Shown piece by piece: positions 1-13,689 of a stretch of DNA of 64,000 bases. The stretch comes from Chiloscyllium plagiosum. Its lineage: Eukaryota. Made by a program: the position numbers and the translations under genes. Each line of letters starts with the position of its first letter. The first letter of the stretch is position 1. The DNA lies in the NCBI RefSeq assembly GCF_004010195.1, contig NC_057711.1:79456866-79520865 (forward strand), given 5' to 3'. The notes beneath the pieces are model-generated. The model made no database searches. It saw only the letters and a list, made by a program, of their open reading frames with translations, and was not told where the DNA came from.

Positions 1-1104
1 TGACAGTGGAGCATTTGCTGGCATCGCTGTGAGAGATTGCAAGAGATAGGATGTCTGTTAGATAGGTGCAGGTCATAGCCTCCACATTTCTGGGGATGCA
101 GTGTAAGAGGCTACAGTCAAGGAGCAAGTTATGGTGAGTGGGCAAGTTGAGGGTCTCTCATTCCCCTGCAGACACCAGACTCCCGAAGGAAGAAGTCAAA
201 ATAATGTTACAGGCTTCTGAACCCAGACTTGGGAGGGAGGGAGGGTGCATGTAAGTAAATGGAGAGAGTATGTTTGTGTGGGAGAGAGAGGGAGAGTATG
301 CACACTGTGAGACTTCGTGATATATACAAATACCATTGCTGTTTGCTGTCAAGCTTGTACATTGGTAGAATCCATAAATACATCAGTTGGAGACCTGCAT
401 TAAGGTTTGTTGATTTTTGTCAATTTGAATGCTTGTTGCAAGTGTCCCATTGATATATGCATGGATTCTACCCTAATGTACTTGGGGATGGCCTGGTGAG
501 TATCAGCTGCCATGCAGATTCGCAGTTGAGGAGATGTTCAAAATGTTGTTTGCAGCATTGATGAATGCCATCCTAATTATTAAGTAAAGACAATCAGTAC
601 TTTAAGCAAAGAGGATTTTGTCGATTTAACCTCCGTCTGTGTGGGACTTTGTCTATAGATGGCTTCAATGGTTAGTATATCATTGGGTCTCTCAAGCTTT
701 CTCCTCCTTCTGCTTGTCCTTTATTTTCCAAATTTGTCTTTGAGTTTCAGCCTTGAGTTGTTGGAATGCTGCCTTTTTGACTTGTAACCTTGGGTATATC
801 TGCCAAACAATGAAGGCTGCTTCTTTTTGTTCCAGGAAGTCACATTTCTACATCAGATCATTGAACCCAGTTCTGGTTTCTCAAATCCTTGGTCTTGGAT
901 CCACTGCTATACATTGTGGTACCAACCACTAGTGTCTTGTGGTTGTGGTAAAGTGCTGTCAGGAATCTTCCTTTCTACTTTTCTAAAAATAAAACCTTAA
1001 ACACGTTAGATAGCCTTTGCCTGGGCATTGTAACAAAACAAAAATCAAGCTGTCAATGAAAACTGACACACCTGCAATGGAAACGTATCAAAATTAAATC
1101 AAGG

Positions 1105-1478
1105 GACTTCACCAGTTTCCTCATTTTCCCTCCCCCCACATTACCCCAGTTCCAACCTTCCAGCTCAGCACTGTCCTCATGACCTGTCTTACCTGCCAAC
1201 CTCCCTTCCCACCTATCCGCTCCACCCTCCCGTCTGACCTATCACCTCCATCCCCACCCCCATTCACCTATTGTACTCTTTGCTACCTTCTCCCCAGCCC
1301 CATCCCCCTCCCATTTATCTCTCTACCTTGGAGGCTCCCTGCCTCCATTCCTGATGAAGGGCTTTTGCCTGAAACGTCGATTTTTCCTGCTCTTGGATGC
1401 TGCCTGACCTGCTGTGCTTTTCCAGCTCCACTCTGATCTAAACTCTGGTTTCCAGCATCTGCAGTCCTCACTTTTGGC
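1105..1478 (+). mobile_element. 5'-truncated Penelope-like element 3' end with 16-bp TSD and hammerhead motif
   Basis: Flanked by caaaattaaatcaagg at 1089-1104 and 1479-1494. Similar to the 3' end of the RT-bearing element (8890-9150) and to 59975-60305 (minus). Confidence 0.85.
1346..1381 (+). ncRNA. Minimal type-I hammerhead ribozyme motif
   Basis: ttc-CTGATGA-a-GGGC tttt GCCT-GAAA-CG-TC-ga. Intact core, 4-bp stem II with a G-U pair, ACGT palindrome in place of stem III, very short stem I. Confidence 0.65.
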
Positions 1479-1489
1479 CAAAATTAAAT

Positions 1490-4195
1490 CAAGGTCAAGT
1501 CATACACCAAGTTATAGTTTATTTGAAATCTCAAGGTTTTGGAATGTTGCCCATTCATCAGCTGAAGTGAAGAGAGCAACCAGGCACAGAGTTTCTGATC
1601 AGAGAGATCAAAAGATCATACAAGTGGTGTGAGTGGGGTGTTGATAGGCCGAATAGTAGGTCTCTGCAAGTGATCAATAGTGTCAGATGCTGCGAGTAAA
1701 GTGTCAACAGCTGAATAGCAAGTGAATGGATACCTATAATTCAGTTAATTGAGGCAGAGAGATAATTACAAAAAAAATTTTAAAAAGGTGGTGCTAGAGA
1801 CAAACCCAATGACTGAAATAACATGATAGGTACAAGAGTTGCATACCGAGGGTCTAACCAAAGTAATCTAAGACTGTACAAACTAATTAAGGTAGAGAGA
1901 GATTATAACAAGTTATCAAGGTGATGGTGTCAAAACAGGACAGTAAGGAAGATTTTACAGAACAGTATGGTGAGTTCACAAGTAGCATCACATGGTCCGA
2001 AGCCAATCGCAACAACATCATCAAACCAGCAGAAAAAGGAGGATCCATCGTCCTCCAGAACAGAATGGACTATTGCAATGAAGCGTACTGACGACTAAAC
2101 AACCAGGAACACTATAGCCTTCCGAAGATACACAAAGCCAACACACCTGGATGTCTCATCGTATCAATCAACACGACCCTGTGTGAGAACTTTTCTGGCT
2201 GTGTCAAAGGCATCTTGAAACCCATTGTACAAGGAACTCTCAGCTTGGTGCGACACTACAGACCTCTCACAGAAATTCAGCACCCATGGATCAGTCGAAC
2301 CAGGAACATTCCTCGTCACAATGGACGTTTCAAACTCTACACCAGTATCCCCCATGCCGATGCATTGATTCAACAGCATCAGTACTCAACACCAACAACT
2401 GCCAATTTCCAGATGCCATCCTACAACTCATCTGCTTCATCCTCAACCACATCTTCACCTTCGACAACCAACTTTTAAGCCAGATACACGGAATGGCCAT
2501 GGGGACCAAATTCGCACCCCAGTGTGCCAATATTTTCATGCACAAGTTTGAGCAAGACTTCTTTGCGCAGGACCTCCAACCAGTGCTGTGCACCAGATAC
2601 AAACATATTTTCTTCCCTTGGATTCATGGCAAGGGATAATTGAAACGACCGTACAATGAGATCAATGAGTTTCATTCCACTCTTAGACTTACCATGGGCT
2701 ACTCTTCAGAATCAGTCTCATTCTTGGACACGCACATCTCCATCAAGGATGGACACCTTCGTACCTCACTGTACTACAAGCCCATGGATAACCTCACAAT
2801 GCTGTACTTCTCTCGCTTCTACCCTAAACATATTAAAGAAGCCATCCTCTCCAGACAAGCCCTGCATATACACAGGATCTCTCAGATGAGGAGGACACCT
2901 AAATATGCTGAAAGACAGTCTCCTAAGAATGGGATATGATGCACAACTCCTCAATTACCAGTTTCGACATGCCACAACAAAAAAACCGTAATGGTCTCCT
3001 CAGAAGACCAGACACAGACCATGACTGATAGAGTACCCTTCATTGTCCAGTACTTCCCCACAGCTGAGAAATTATGCCATGTTCTTTGCAGCCTTCAACA
3101 TGTCATTGATAATGACACCAAGATCATCCTTAAACTCCGACTTCTTGCCTTCAAACAACTGCCAAACATAAACAGGCCATCATTTGTAGCAAACTACCCA
3201 GCCTTCAGGACAACCACAACATCACACAACCCTGCCACGGCAACATCTGCATGACATGTCAGAACATTAACATGGATATTATTATCACATGTGAGAACAA
3301 CACACCCACCACATACACGGCAGATATTCTCATGACTCGGGCCAATGTTGTCTATCTCATAAGCTGTAGGCAAGGATACCCTGAGGCATGTATATTGGCA
3401 AGACCATGCAGATGCTAAGACAACGAATGAGTGGACACTGCACCACAATTGTCAGGCAGGAATGTTCCCTCTCAATTGGAGAACAGTTCACTGGTCAAGG
3501 ACATTCAGCCTCCAATCTTTGGGTAGGTTTTCCTTCAAGCTGGCTTTTGAGAGACTCAACACCACAGAATTGCTGAGCAGAAACTGATAACCAAGTTCCT
3601 TACCTATGAAGACAGCCTTAACTGTGATTATGGGTTCATGTCACGCCACTTGTGATATCACCATACTGTTCTGTAAAAGCTTGCTTACCAACCTGTTTTG
3701 ACACCATCACCTTGATAACTTGTTACCTCTCTCTACCTTAATTCGTTTGTACAGTTTTGGGTTGCTTGTTACTTTGGTTAGATCCTCAGCATGCGACAAT
3801 TATACCTATTATATTAGTCCAGTAATTTGGTTTGTTTCCAGCACCACCTTATTTTAAATGTTTTGTAATTATCTCTCTGCCTCAATTAATTGGATTAAAG
3901 GTCATCCCTTCAATTGTTAATCAGCTCTTGACACTTTACTCACACTGTTTGACACTCTTAATCACCTGCAGAGACCCATTATTCAGCCTGTCGACTCTCC
4001 ACTCACACCATTTGTATGATCTTTTGATCTCTTTGCCCGTTCATCTCTCTGCCTATAAATTCTGTGTCTGTGTGCTTGTCTCACTTCACCCGATGAAGGG
4101 GCAATGCTCTGAAAGCTTATGATTTCAAATAAACCTCTTGGACTATAACCTGGTGTCATGTGACTTCTGACCTTGTCCAGCCCAGTCCAACACCA
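1490..4195 (+). mobile_element. Decayed Penelope-like retroelement (RT + GIY-YIG) with inverted pseudo-LTR
   Basis: Frameshifted RT motifs IKPA(E)KGG, LYTSIPH, GMAMGTKFAPQCANIFM, VSFLDT, LYYKP at 2005-2900. GIY-YIG motif MYIGKTMQMLRQRMSGH near 3388. Segment ~1490-2001 is the reverse complement of ~3628-4175. Confidence 0.88.
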
Positions 4196-5729
4196 AAGTG
4201 TTGTTACCAGGGTGATGATGCATCCCAGTCCTAGCAGTGCCAACAAGTCCCTAATAGTCTCCAGTGTGCCAGTGGACACTGCATACTTCCTCTCCCATGG
4301 ACACCAAACATGCTGTCACCAGGGAAGAGGGCCAGGACATGAGGTAATATGCTGCCTGGACCTGTTGATGACCACTTTTGCCAGACCCTGGAACAGGCCT
4401 GTGAGGCGGTACTGTGAGCTCGTGGAGTGGGTGCAGATACACACCATAGATTAGGAGTGTAGAGCTGAATAGCAGCCAAAAATTTTAAAGCTGCCCCTTT
4501 TAAGATAGCAAACAGGGGCTATCAATGGGTGCTGTCAACATAATCTGAGAGATAGTTATCTCCGGGTCACAAAAATTGCACAACTTCTAGTGAACCTATT
4601 GAACCTTTTATTGCATGGGACCACAGTGTACAACACTCCATCTCAGGTCTCCAATGGAAAGAGGGAGGGCCCTTCACTGGGGATCTCTGCCACTAGGGGT
4701 AGGATGTTACACCAAGGCATATTCCAGCATCAGGCAAAATGTAGGAAATGGAGAGTGTGTATGAGCGACCGTTGTTTTGAAAGGCATATGGGTAATTTCC
4801 CTGAGAGAGCTTGAATTGTGAACACTGGCTCAGACACCAAATCAAGACCTCCACCCCCCTCAAGATTCAATGTCAACTTCTGGACAGACGGGGTGTCAGT
4901 TCATTCAGATGCTGTGTGCGTGCCTGAGCTGCCTTGATTTTGATTCCTGTGTACTTCCACAGCCAAGTACAACAGACAGTCTCTGGTTGGCTCGGGCTGT
5001 GTCCTGGCCTGTCACTGATGTCTTACAAGCCAATTGCACTGGCATTATTCAGCCCACTCCGCCGCCACCCAACATATCCCCTCTGAACTGCCCAGTATCC
5101 AGAGCTCATTGCTTTGCCAGCTACTTAAAACCTTGCTGATGAGAGAACCCGTTTCTAAGTAGCAGTTCCCTTATGACAGCACCACTATTGAAGAGAGAAA
5201 ACTCAATTGTGAAATGATCATGTCCCAAATCTTGATGTGGTCCAAATAGAAGAGACACAATTCCTAGGTGAAGGTCTGAGGACTCATACACTCCATCAAA
5301 CAGGACCTGCATGTCATAATTGAGCTCGAGGAACTGTCACATTGGCGGTGGTAGAGAATAAACCACTAATGAATCTTTACATGATGAAAATAATATGTTT
5401 AAGTTACACTGGCTAGTTCAGTAAAGGGACAAAGACTACCCGGAATCAGAGATGGCACATCTAACCCCATTGGGATGTTTTGCTAGACTGCTTCTCCACC
5501 CAAATTGCTGTGTGATATCATCAGATTGGGTAGAGCCTAATGCAACTTTATCATAAACTCTTTCAGAACCACCATCTTATACAGCTCTATTATCTTCATA
5601 ACTAGCACCATCCTCACTCCAGATTCAGTTCATGTGCTGTGGAAAAGTTCATTATTATTTCTATACATTACATTTCCCATGTTCCCTTTATCAGCCTCCG
5701 ATTTTCATCTTTTTGTAAACATGAGTTCA

Positions 5730-7210
5730 TACCGTAAGACCACAACATATAGCACAATTAGGCCATTCGGCCCATCGGATCTGCCTCCGCCATTCAGTCA
5801 AGGCAGAGAGTTGGACTGAAGGTCTGTTTCCATGCTGTGTGACTCTATGTTCCTCAAGCTGGTTCTTCTGCCTTCTCGCCATATCCCATAATCCCCTTAC
5901 TCATCAAGAGCCTATCTTTCTGTCTTAAATAGACTTAATAACTTGGCCTCCACACCAACTCTATCCATGCCTCTCAGTACTCTGTAATTTTCAATGAGAT
6001 ACTCCCTCCTCCTTTTCAACTCCAAGTGCAGACCCAGATTCCTCGACCGGTCCTCATATGACAAGCTCTTCATCCCTGGGATCATTTTTGTAAACCACCT
6101 CTGGATCACCTCCAATGCCAGCATATCCTTCCTTAGATACAGAGTCTAAAGCTGCTTGCAACATCCCAGATATGGTCTGTCCAACCTCAGCAGTACATCC
6201 ATGCTCTTGTGTTCTAGCCCCCTTGAAATTAATGCTAACATTGCCTTTGCCTTCCTAATGATCAATTGAACCTATACGTTCAGTTTAAGAGAATCCTGAA
6301 CTAGGTCACCCAAATCCCTTCAGATTTCCAAAGCTTTTTCCTGTTTAGAAATTAGTCCATACCTCTATTCTTCCTGTCAAAGTTCATGACCTCAGACTTT
6401 CACACATTTCTTTGCCTGCTCTCCTAACCTGTCCAGGTCTTTTTGCAGCTTCCTCACTTCCTCAACACTATCTGCCCCATTACCTATTTTTGTCTTCTGC
6501 AAGTTTTGCAATAATCTCCCCAGTTTCTTTGTCCAGATTGTTAATGGATAACATGAACAATTGTCCCAAACTGACCTTTGCCAAACTCCACAAGTGACCA
6601 GCTACCATCCTGAAAAAGCCTTCTTTATCCCTACTCTCTGCCTTCTGTCAATCAGCATTCTGTATCCATGCCAGGACTGGCCCCTAACATGAGCTGTTAT
6701 CTTATTTAGCAGCCTCTTCTGCGGCAACTTTACATGGGCTTTCTGGAAATGCAAAAAGATCACTTACACTGGTTCTCCTCTGTCTGACTTATTTATTACC
6801 TCCTCAAAGAATTCTAACAGATTTGTCAGGCATCATCTTCCCTTGATGAAGTCGTGCTGAATCGGACCGATTTTACCATGCACTTCCAAGTACTCTGCAA
6901 TCTCATCCTTAATAATGGACTCTGAAATCTTACCAATGACAGTGGACAAGCTAACTGGCATATAGTTTCCTGTCTTCTGCCTCCCTCCCTTTTAAAACTG
7001 GGGTATTGCATGAGCTATTTTCCAGTCCTTTGGCACTCTCCCTGACTCTGGTGATTCCTGAAAGATCGCCACCAATATCTCTACAATCTCCTCAGTTATC
7101 TCCTTCACAACTCTAGGCTGTAGTTCATCTGGTCCTGGTGATTTATCAACCTTCAGACATTTTGCAGCTTCTTCTTAGTGATAGCCACTGCACTCATCTC
7201 TGCCCCTTGA
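5730..7210 (-). mobile_element. CR1-clade LINE, 3' part (decayed RT), interrupted by a Penelope insertion
   Basis: Minus ORF LEVIQRWFTKMIPGMKSLSYEDR...YRVLRGMDRV is a typical CR1 ORF2 C-terminus. PSFKREGGRRQET-like RT-proximal region near 6990. Confidence 0.8.
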
Positions 7211-7218
7211 CTTCTTGA

Positions 7219-9153
7219 AACCAGCGGATAAGGGAGGCGCACTGACCACGATATTGCTGAAGCCAGGCACCAACTCTAAGAGACCTCCTCCTACTGCCCC
7301 TTTGACCATGACCTTATCTCCCATCACCAAACTATCATCTCCCAGACCGTACACAACCTCATCAACTCGGGCGATCTCTCACCCACAGCTTCAGCCTCAT
7401 AGTCCGGGAACTCCACACCACCCCGTTCTACCTCCTACCTAAGATTCACAAGCCTGACTACCCTGGCCTGCTCCTGCCCCCCGAACTCATCTCCACCCAC
7501 CTCAATAATGTCCTATCCCCCACGGTCCAGGAACTCCCCACATACATTTGGGACACCACCCATACCCTCCACCTTCCCCAAGACGTTCGCTACCTTGGCA
7601 CCCAACGCCTCATCTTCAGCATGGACATCAAGTCCCTGTACACCTCAGTCCGCTGTGATGAGGGCCTCCAAGCCCACTGTTTCCTCCTCTCCGGGCGTCC
7701 TCACTGTACTCCTCCACTGACACACTCATTCGGTTGGCTGAACTGGTCCTCCGCCTCAATTTTTCCTTTGAATTCTTCCACTTCCTCCAGACCAAAGGGG
7801 TAGCCATGGGCACCCACATGGCCTCCAGCTATGCCTGTCTCTTTGTTGGTTACATGGAACGGTCCATCTTCCGCACTTACACTGGCACTATTTCTCACCT
7901 CTTCTTCCTCTGATGACTGTACCGGTGTCACCTTGTGCTCACCCGAGGAGGTTGAAGAGTTCATCAACTTCACCAACACATTCCACCCTGACCTTAAGTT
8001 CACCTGGACCATCTCTGACACCTCCTTCCCCTTCCTGGACCTCACCATCTCCATCAATGGTGATTGACTCAACACAGACATCTTCTACAAACCCACTGAC
8101 TCCCACAGCTACCTGGATTACACTTCCTCCTACCCTGCCTCCTGTAAAAATGCTATCCCTTATTCCCAATTTCTCTGCCTCTGCCGCATCTGCTCCAAGG
8201 AGGACCTGTTCCACCAAAAAATACACCAGATGGCCTCCTTCTTTAAAGACTGCAATTTCCCTTCCCACATGGTCGATGATGCCCTCCAGCGCATCTCATC
8301 CACTTTCCTCAGCTCCGCACTTGGATCTCAACCTTCCAGCTGCAACAAGGACACAACCCCACTAGTCCTTACCATCCACCCCACCAACCTCTGTATACAT
8401 CGCATCATCCTCTGCCATTTTTGCCACCTACAAACGGACCCCACCACCAGAGATATATTTCTCTCCCCACCCCTATCTATGTTCCATAAAGCCCTGTCCC
8501 TTTGTGACTCTCTTGTTAGGTCCACCAACGATCCCTGCCACCGCAGGAATTGTAAAACCTGTGCCCACATCTCCTCCCCTCACCTCTGTTCAAGGCCCCA
8601 AAGGAGCCTTCCACATCCATCAAAGGTTTACCTGCACTTCCACACATCTCATTTACTCTATCTGTCGCTCCTGATGCGGTCTCCTCTACATTGCAGAATG
8701 CTTCAGAGAACATCTCCGGGAGCCCGCACCAACAACCCATCCGCCCCGTGGCCAAACTCTTCAACTCCCCCTCCCACTCCGTCAAGGACATGCAGTTCCT
8801 GGGGCTCCTCTATCGCCAAACCCTAACCACCCGATGCCTGGAGGAAGAAAGCCTCCTGTTCAGCCTTGAGACCCTCCAACCACATGGCATCAATGTGGAT
8901 TTCACCAGTTTCCTCATTTTCTCCCCCTCCCCACCCTTTATTCTAGATCCAACCTGCCAACTTGGCACCACCCTCATGACCTGCCCTATCTGTCCATCTT
9001 CCTTCCCACCTATCCACTCCACCCTCTTCTCTGACCTATCACCATTACCCTCACCTCTCAAAATGCGATTCTCCTACTCCTCAGATGCTGCCTGACTTGT
9101 TGTGCTTTTCCAACACCACACTCTTGACTCTGATCTCCAGTCCTCACTTTCTC
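7219..9153 (+). mobile_element. Decayed Penelope-like retroelement (probably Neptune-type) nested in the CR1 LINE
   Basis: KPADKGGA, MDIKSLYTS, GVAMGTHM, DDCTG..FINFTNTFHPDLKFT..FLDL, YKPTDSHSYL motifs. Cys/His motif CHRRNCKTCAH precedes the endonuclease region. Candidate 8-bp TSD cttcttga at 7211-7218 and 9154-9161. The hammerhead segment of the tail is deleted. Confidence 0.88.
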
Positions 9154-9161
9154 CTTCTTGA

Positions 9162-10640
9162 TGTTTTGGTCTGCTATTTGTGTGTTCCACCATGCAAAAT
9201 GATGCAAAGTACCTATTCTGTTCATCTGACATTTCCGTAATTCCCATTACTACTTCTCCAGCCTCATTTTTCAATGGTCCAATGTCCACACTTGCCTCTT
9301 TCATTATAGATGTGTAAAAAATACTTAGTCTTTTTAGTACTAGTTAGCTTCCTGTCATATTTCATCTTCTCTCCCTGTATTTTTTTTTTAGTTATCCTCT
9401 TCTGGTTTATAATGGCTTCCCAATCCTCTGGCTTCCCACTAGTCTTCACCACATTGAATGGTTTTCCTCTGCTTTTATGCTGTCCTGACTTCCCTTGTCA
9501 ACCATGGTTACCCCATCCTCCCCTTAGAATGTTGCTTCTTCCTTGGGATGAATTTCTGCTGGGCTTCCTGAATTACCTCCAAAACCCCCTACCACTACTG
9601 CTCCACCATCTTCCCTGCTAGTCTCCCTTTTCAGTTCATTCTGGCCAACTCCTCTGTCATGTCTTTGTAGTTAGCTTTTATCTAATTGTAATCCCAATAT
9701 ATCTGATTCTAGCTTCTTGTTCTTAAACTGCAGGGTGAATTTTATCATCAATCCAGTCCCCGAAGAGTTCCTTCACCTTATGTTCCCTGGTCAGCTCTGT
9801 TTCATTACACATCACCAAATCCAGAATTACCTGTTCCCTAGTGGTCTCTACCACAAATTGCTCCAAACAAGATCAACTGAAGGATATTCCATAAACGCCT
9901 TTTCTTGTGATCCATTACCAACTTAATACTAATATCCTTTAAGGAAGGAAACTGCTATCTTTACTTGGTCTGGCCTACATGTGACTCCAGACCCACATCA
10001 ATGTGGTTGACTCTTAACTGCTCGCTGGGATGGACAATCAATGCTGGTTATCCAGCGATGCCCTCATCCTGTGAATGAGAAAAAAAGAAGCCTGATTTTC
10101 CAAGCTGCAAATTGACGTCCACCATGATTATTGTAATAGTGCCTTCCTCACAAGCCTTTTCTATCTCCTGACTTATTTTTTCCTGACATCCTGAACACAG
10201 CTAGGAGGCCTGTACATAACTCTTTTTTTTCCTTCTGTGGTTCTGCAACTCTACCCACACAGATCTCATGCCTTCCAACTCCATATCTTGTTATCAGTTT
10301 AATTTGACTTCTTACTAGCAAGTTCAATTCTGCCCCCCTCTGCTCATCTGCCTGTCCTTTTAATAGGACATGTATCCTTGGATATTTAGTTACCAGCCCT
10401 GATCCCCTTGCAGCCACATCTATGTGAAACCCACAATATTCTACCTATCAATTTCAATCTGCGCTACGAGTTAATTTACCTTGTTTCATATACTTCACAT
10501 ATTTAAGTACACCCTCCTTAGTCACAGTTTGACTGCCTCCTTCTCATACTCGTTCCCTTATCTGCTATGCCTGAAGATGGTTTCCTGACCCTTTTCCATA
10601 CTTTGTGTCCTATTACTTGTTGTGGAAACTTTAGTGACCA
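9162..10640 (-). mobile_element. Upstream continuation of the CR1 LINE (endonuclease/linker region)
   Basis: Minus ORF fragments VDIGPLKNEAGEVVMG..EQNRYFAS and SGKPEDWEA are CR1 ORF2-like. Same orientation as 5730-7210. Confidence 0.72.
9925..10088 (+). mobile_element. Deu-domain SINE 3' fragment (SacSINE1/AmnSINE1-related)
   Basis: cctttaaggaaggaaactgc...ggtctggcctacatgtgactccagacccaca..aatgtggttgactcttaactgc then a tail ending in an A-run. Matches the recalled Deu-domain consensus. The tail resembles 27410-27470. Confidence 0.65.
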
Positions 10641-11705
10641 AAATCTGGCTTGGAAGATTAATTAATCCATTAATTGATCCATTTTGAATCTTGATTCTTC
10701 ATTGCAACAGTTTCAAATTTGCATATTCTGTTTAAATTTCTCCACTGCTTCATCTCGAACTTTCAACAGCCCTCTGAGAACAAAAACCTATCTATTTGTC
10801 TAAACTTTTAGTAGCTTGTCCTAATAACTGCTTCTTTGGTTGGGTTTCTTTTTTACCCTGCTAATGCCTTGGAGTAGTTAATGAAATTAAAGACACTGTA
10901 TAAATAGTTTTGAAATGGTAGAAGTAGAATAAAAGGATAGGGCGAATCTTTGTGATTTTACTACAGGCTATTCCATCTCTTTTTAATCAATAATTAAATT
11001 CCCACCTGCATATGTTTTTTCTTGGCCTATAGTCACTTGTGGACATTCCAGTACACTAAATCCCCATTTAACATTGCCCTGTTTTATGTTGTCTTGTTTT
11101 AAGATGATTCAGTTAATGAGGTCTGTAATCTAATTTCCAGTCACTAGGTTCTGTTTTAAGTTGTTCCTTGCCTTTATGATGATGGATCATGTGACTGGTT
11201 GATTGCCATTTTGGAGCAGACTGCACTTTCCCTTAACCCACTCTATTACTGCTGACCTTCCACTTGCGACGTCACTCACTCCTTATTTCAGCCCTCTTAC
11301 TGCTGAGCCTTCAACCTGCAGCTTCTGCCATTCCATAACCCCTCACCGACCCTTCCCCTTGCCAAGCACCCTATTCCATGTCTCTGCTGCTCATTGCCTC
11401 CCTCTCCTGAACTCTGCAATGAATAAGGGAGCTACAAGACTCCTACGATCCTGTGAATTAGACTCCAGTCTGATGGGCACATGTGCACCGTTGGGACCTG
11501 CATTCCCACAATCCTGAAGCTCCAGCTTTGGCATCTATCTTCCTATGCCAGGGTTGATATGAACGGGATGTGATTAATTGTACAGGAGGCATAATTACCC
11601 TTTGTTTGTTGTTGAAATGGAAATCAAGAATGCATGTGACAGACTTAGAATGCATGTAACTTCAAAATACTTCAACCTGTAAACAGTAAGAGACAGAATC
11701 ATGTT

Positions 11706-12956
11706 GGCCCGGATTTTCTAATGGCCAGACATTTTTTGTTTCAGTGTAGGTGGGAGTTTTCCATGTGTGAATGTCCATTGTAGTATAGTCTAATGGAACT
11801 GCCCAGAAAATTAAAGATCCCACTGGGCATTTCCCTTTTGTTTGGAATTCTCTGAATGCCTCTGTTTAAGTTGAAGATTTCAGAGGGATCAGAAGATATT
11901 AAGTAAATCATTAATCAGGAAAAGTTAGGTTATGACACATAGTTTAATTCCTGTGTAACTTATTTAACTAATGTTGTACTTAACTCCTAGGCCGTAAACT
12001 GATTCTCACTCTTTCCCGTAGACCCGACATGCTTCCCCGCTTCCCCATTTGGACCTGACTATTCCTTCCCTACCCTGGACCCAGCCATCCCCACCCACCT
12101 CAGGAGCAGACCACCCTTCTCCCATTATATGCCCTTTTCTCCCTCTTATACTGAACCCCCTTCACCGCACTGGATTCCGTCTTCCTTTCCCTGTGCTGCC
12201 CACCCCTCTCCTTCCCAAAACTCCCTTTCTGCTCCCGTCACAACCCTGCAGCCCCCCCCCCACTCCACACCAGAGCTAATGGCCACCCCTTGCACCCTGG
12301 ATCTGGCCTCCATTCCCCTGCTCCAGATCTTTACATTCCCACTGCAATCCGTTTTCACCCTCTCTCCCCAATCCCCACCTTCCCTGCTATGGACATGACT
12401 TGCTCTCTAACTCTACACTGGAACCGGTATGCTCCACACCCACTATGGACCCTCTTCCTCTTTTCCCCACTCTGCATAGAACATTCCTTCCTCCACTCCA
12501 GAGAAGAGCCTTGTTTTGTCTGGTGTCCCTTCCTCTGCTACATTTGCGCACAGGCATCTCCCCCCCACCCCCTTGGCTCTTTACCCACCTGGCATCCTAC
12601 ACCCTGACACCTTACCCTCTTCTCAGGTGGCACACTACTTATCTGGTACAAACCTGGCATCCTGCCTCCTACTACTCTCACTGTGCATTTTATTAACTTA
12701 TTGTTTGACAGTAACTGTGCAAGTGGTTGTCTGTAATTCTGGATCCTTAGATTTAAGGGTCTGGTAGCTGATGTCTGTGAAGTGGGTAGTATGGTTCGCT
12801 TTGCCTGATAATTCTGCACCAGGAGAGAACTGTCAGAATCGAAGTGCAACTCTGCATTTCTGAAGGAGCCCTGATCAAAATCTCCTGTCAGAAATGTGCT
12901 GTGGTCTCCTTTCATAGAAAGGAATTGAGATTGCCACTGCATGGAAAATCCGACCC
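11706..12956. mobile_element. Non-autonomous TIR element (Harbinger-like MITE) with C-rich interior
   Basis: Terminal inverted repeats ggcccggattttc (11706-11718) and gaaaatccgaccc (12944-12956), 11/13 match. Pyrimidine/C-rich low-complexity core ~12020-12680. Confidence 0.5.
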
Positions 12957-13689
12957 GATATTGAGATCGGCTATTTAAATATTTTAGAATAAACGATAAC
13001 ACATTCCTGTTAACTTCCTGTTAACTGCTCTAAAATGAAGATTGCAATCCTGAAAGGTAAACATAGCAACTTACCAACATGATTGCAACATTTCTCAGAA
13101 GGTGATTCTTGCTGGCTTGTCTGTGACAGTAGCTGTATACAACACAAACATCTCCCATTTTTAGTGCAACCACAGGCAGGCTGGAATTGCTGCTGCGTTT
13201 TTTTCAGCAATTTCTGTTTTTGTTTCTGATTTCCAGTATCCATAGTTCTTTTGACAGGCAGATATCCATTGAACTACAGGTGTTAGAGTGTATAGATTTA
13301 GGCAACCCACAAAATCGAGGAATCCTGCATGAAATTCATCTGTTGTGTAGTTTGAATCGTATACCTTCAGGAGAATTACCTATGCACAAGAGCAGATTGG
13401 TACTGTCTCTGCCCAACATTAAAACTCATATAATTGTAATTGTAATGTAAGTGAACAATTCTCCAAAGCTATCATAAAAACTTCATTAAACTTGAATTTT
13501 TATTTTTGAATTTTTGTTCTTGGTTCCACTAACTGAACCAGGACAGAAGTGCCACAGACGTTAGAATTCTAGCTCCTCAGTGGGAGATCAAGGCAGTCCC
13601 CCAGGCAGTTTTGGAGCAAGAGCAGGGGCAGTGATTGCTGGGTGCAGAGACCAAGCTGATGGAAGACCTGCTTTGGTGGCACTGACATT

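Noticed and set aside
4560..4660. Minus-strand CNKRFNRFTRS resembling a Harbinger Myb/SANT-like protein
   Set aside because: The match is too short and decayed to support without a search.
12049..12767. Overlapping proline-rich ORFs
   Set aside because: By-product of C-rich low-complexity sequence in a TIR element.
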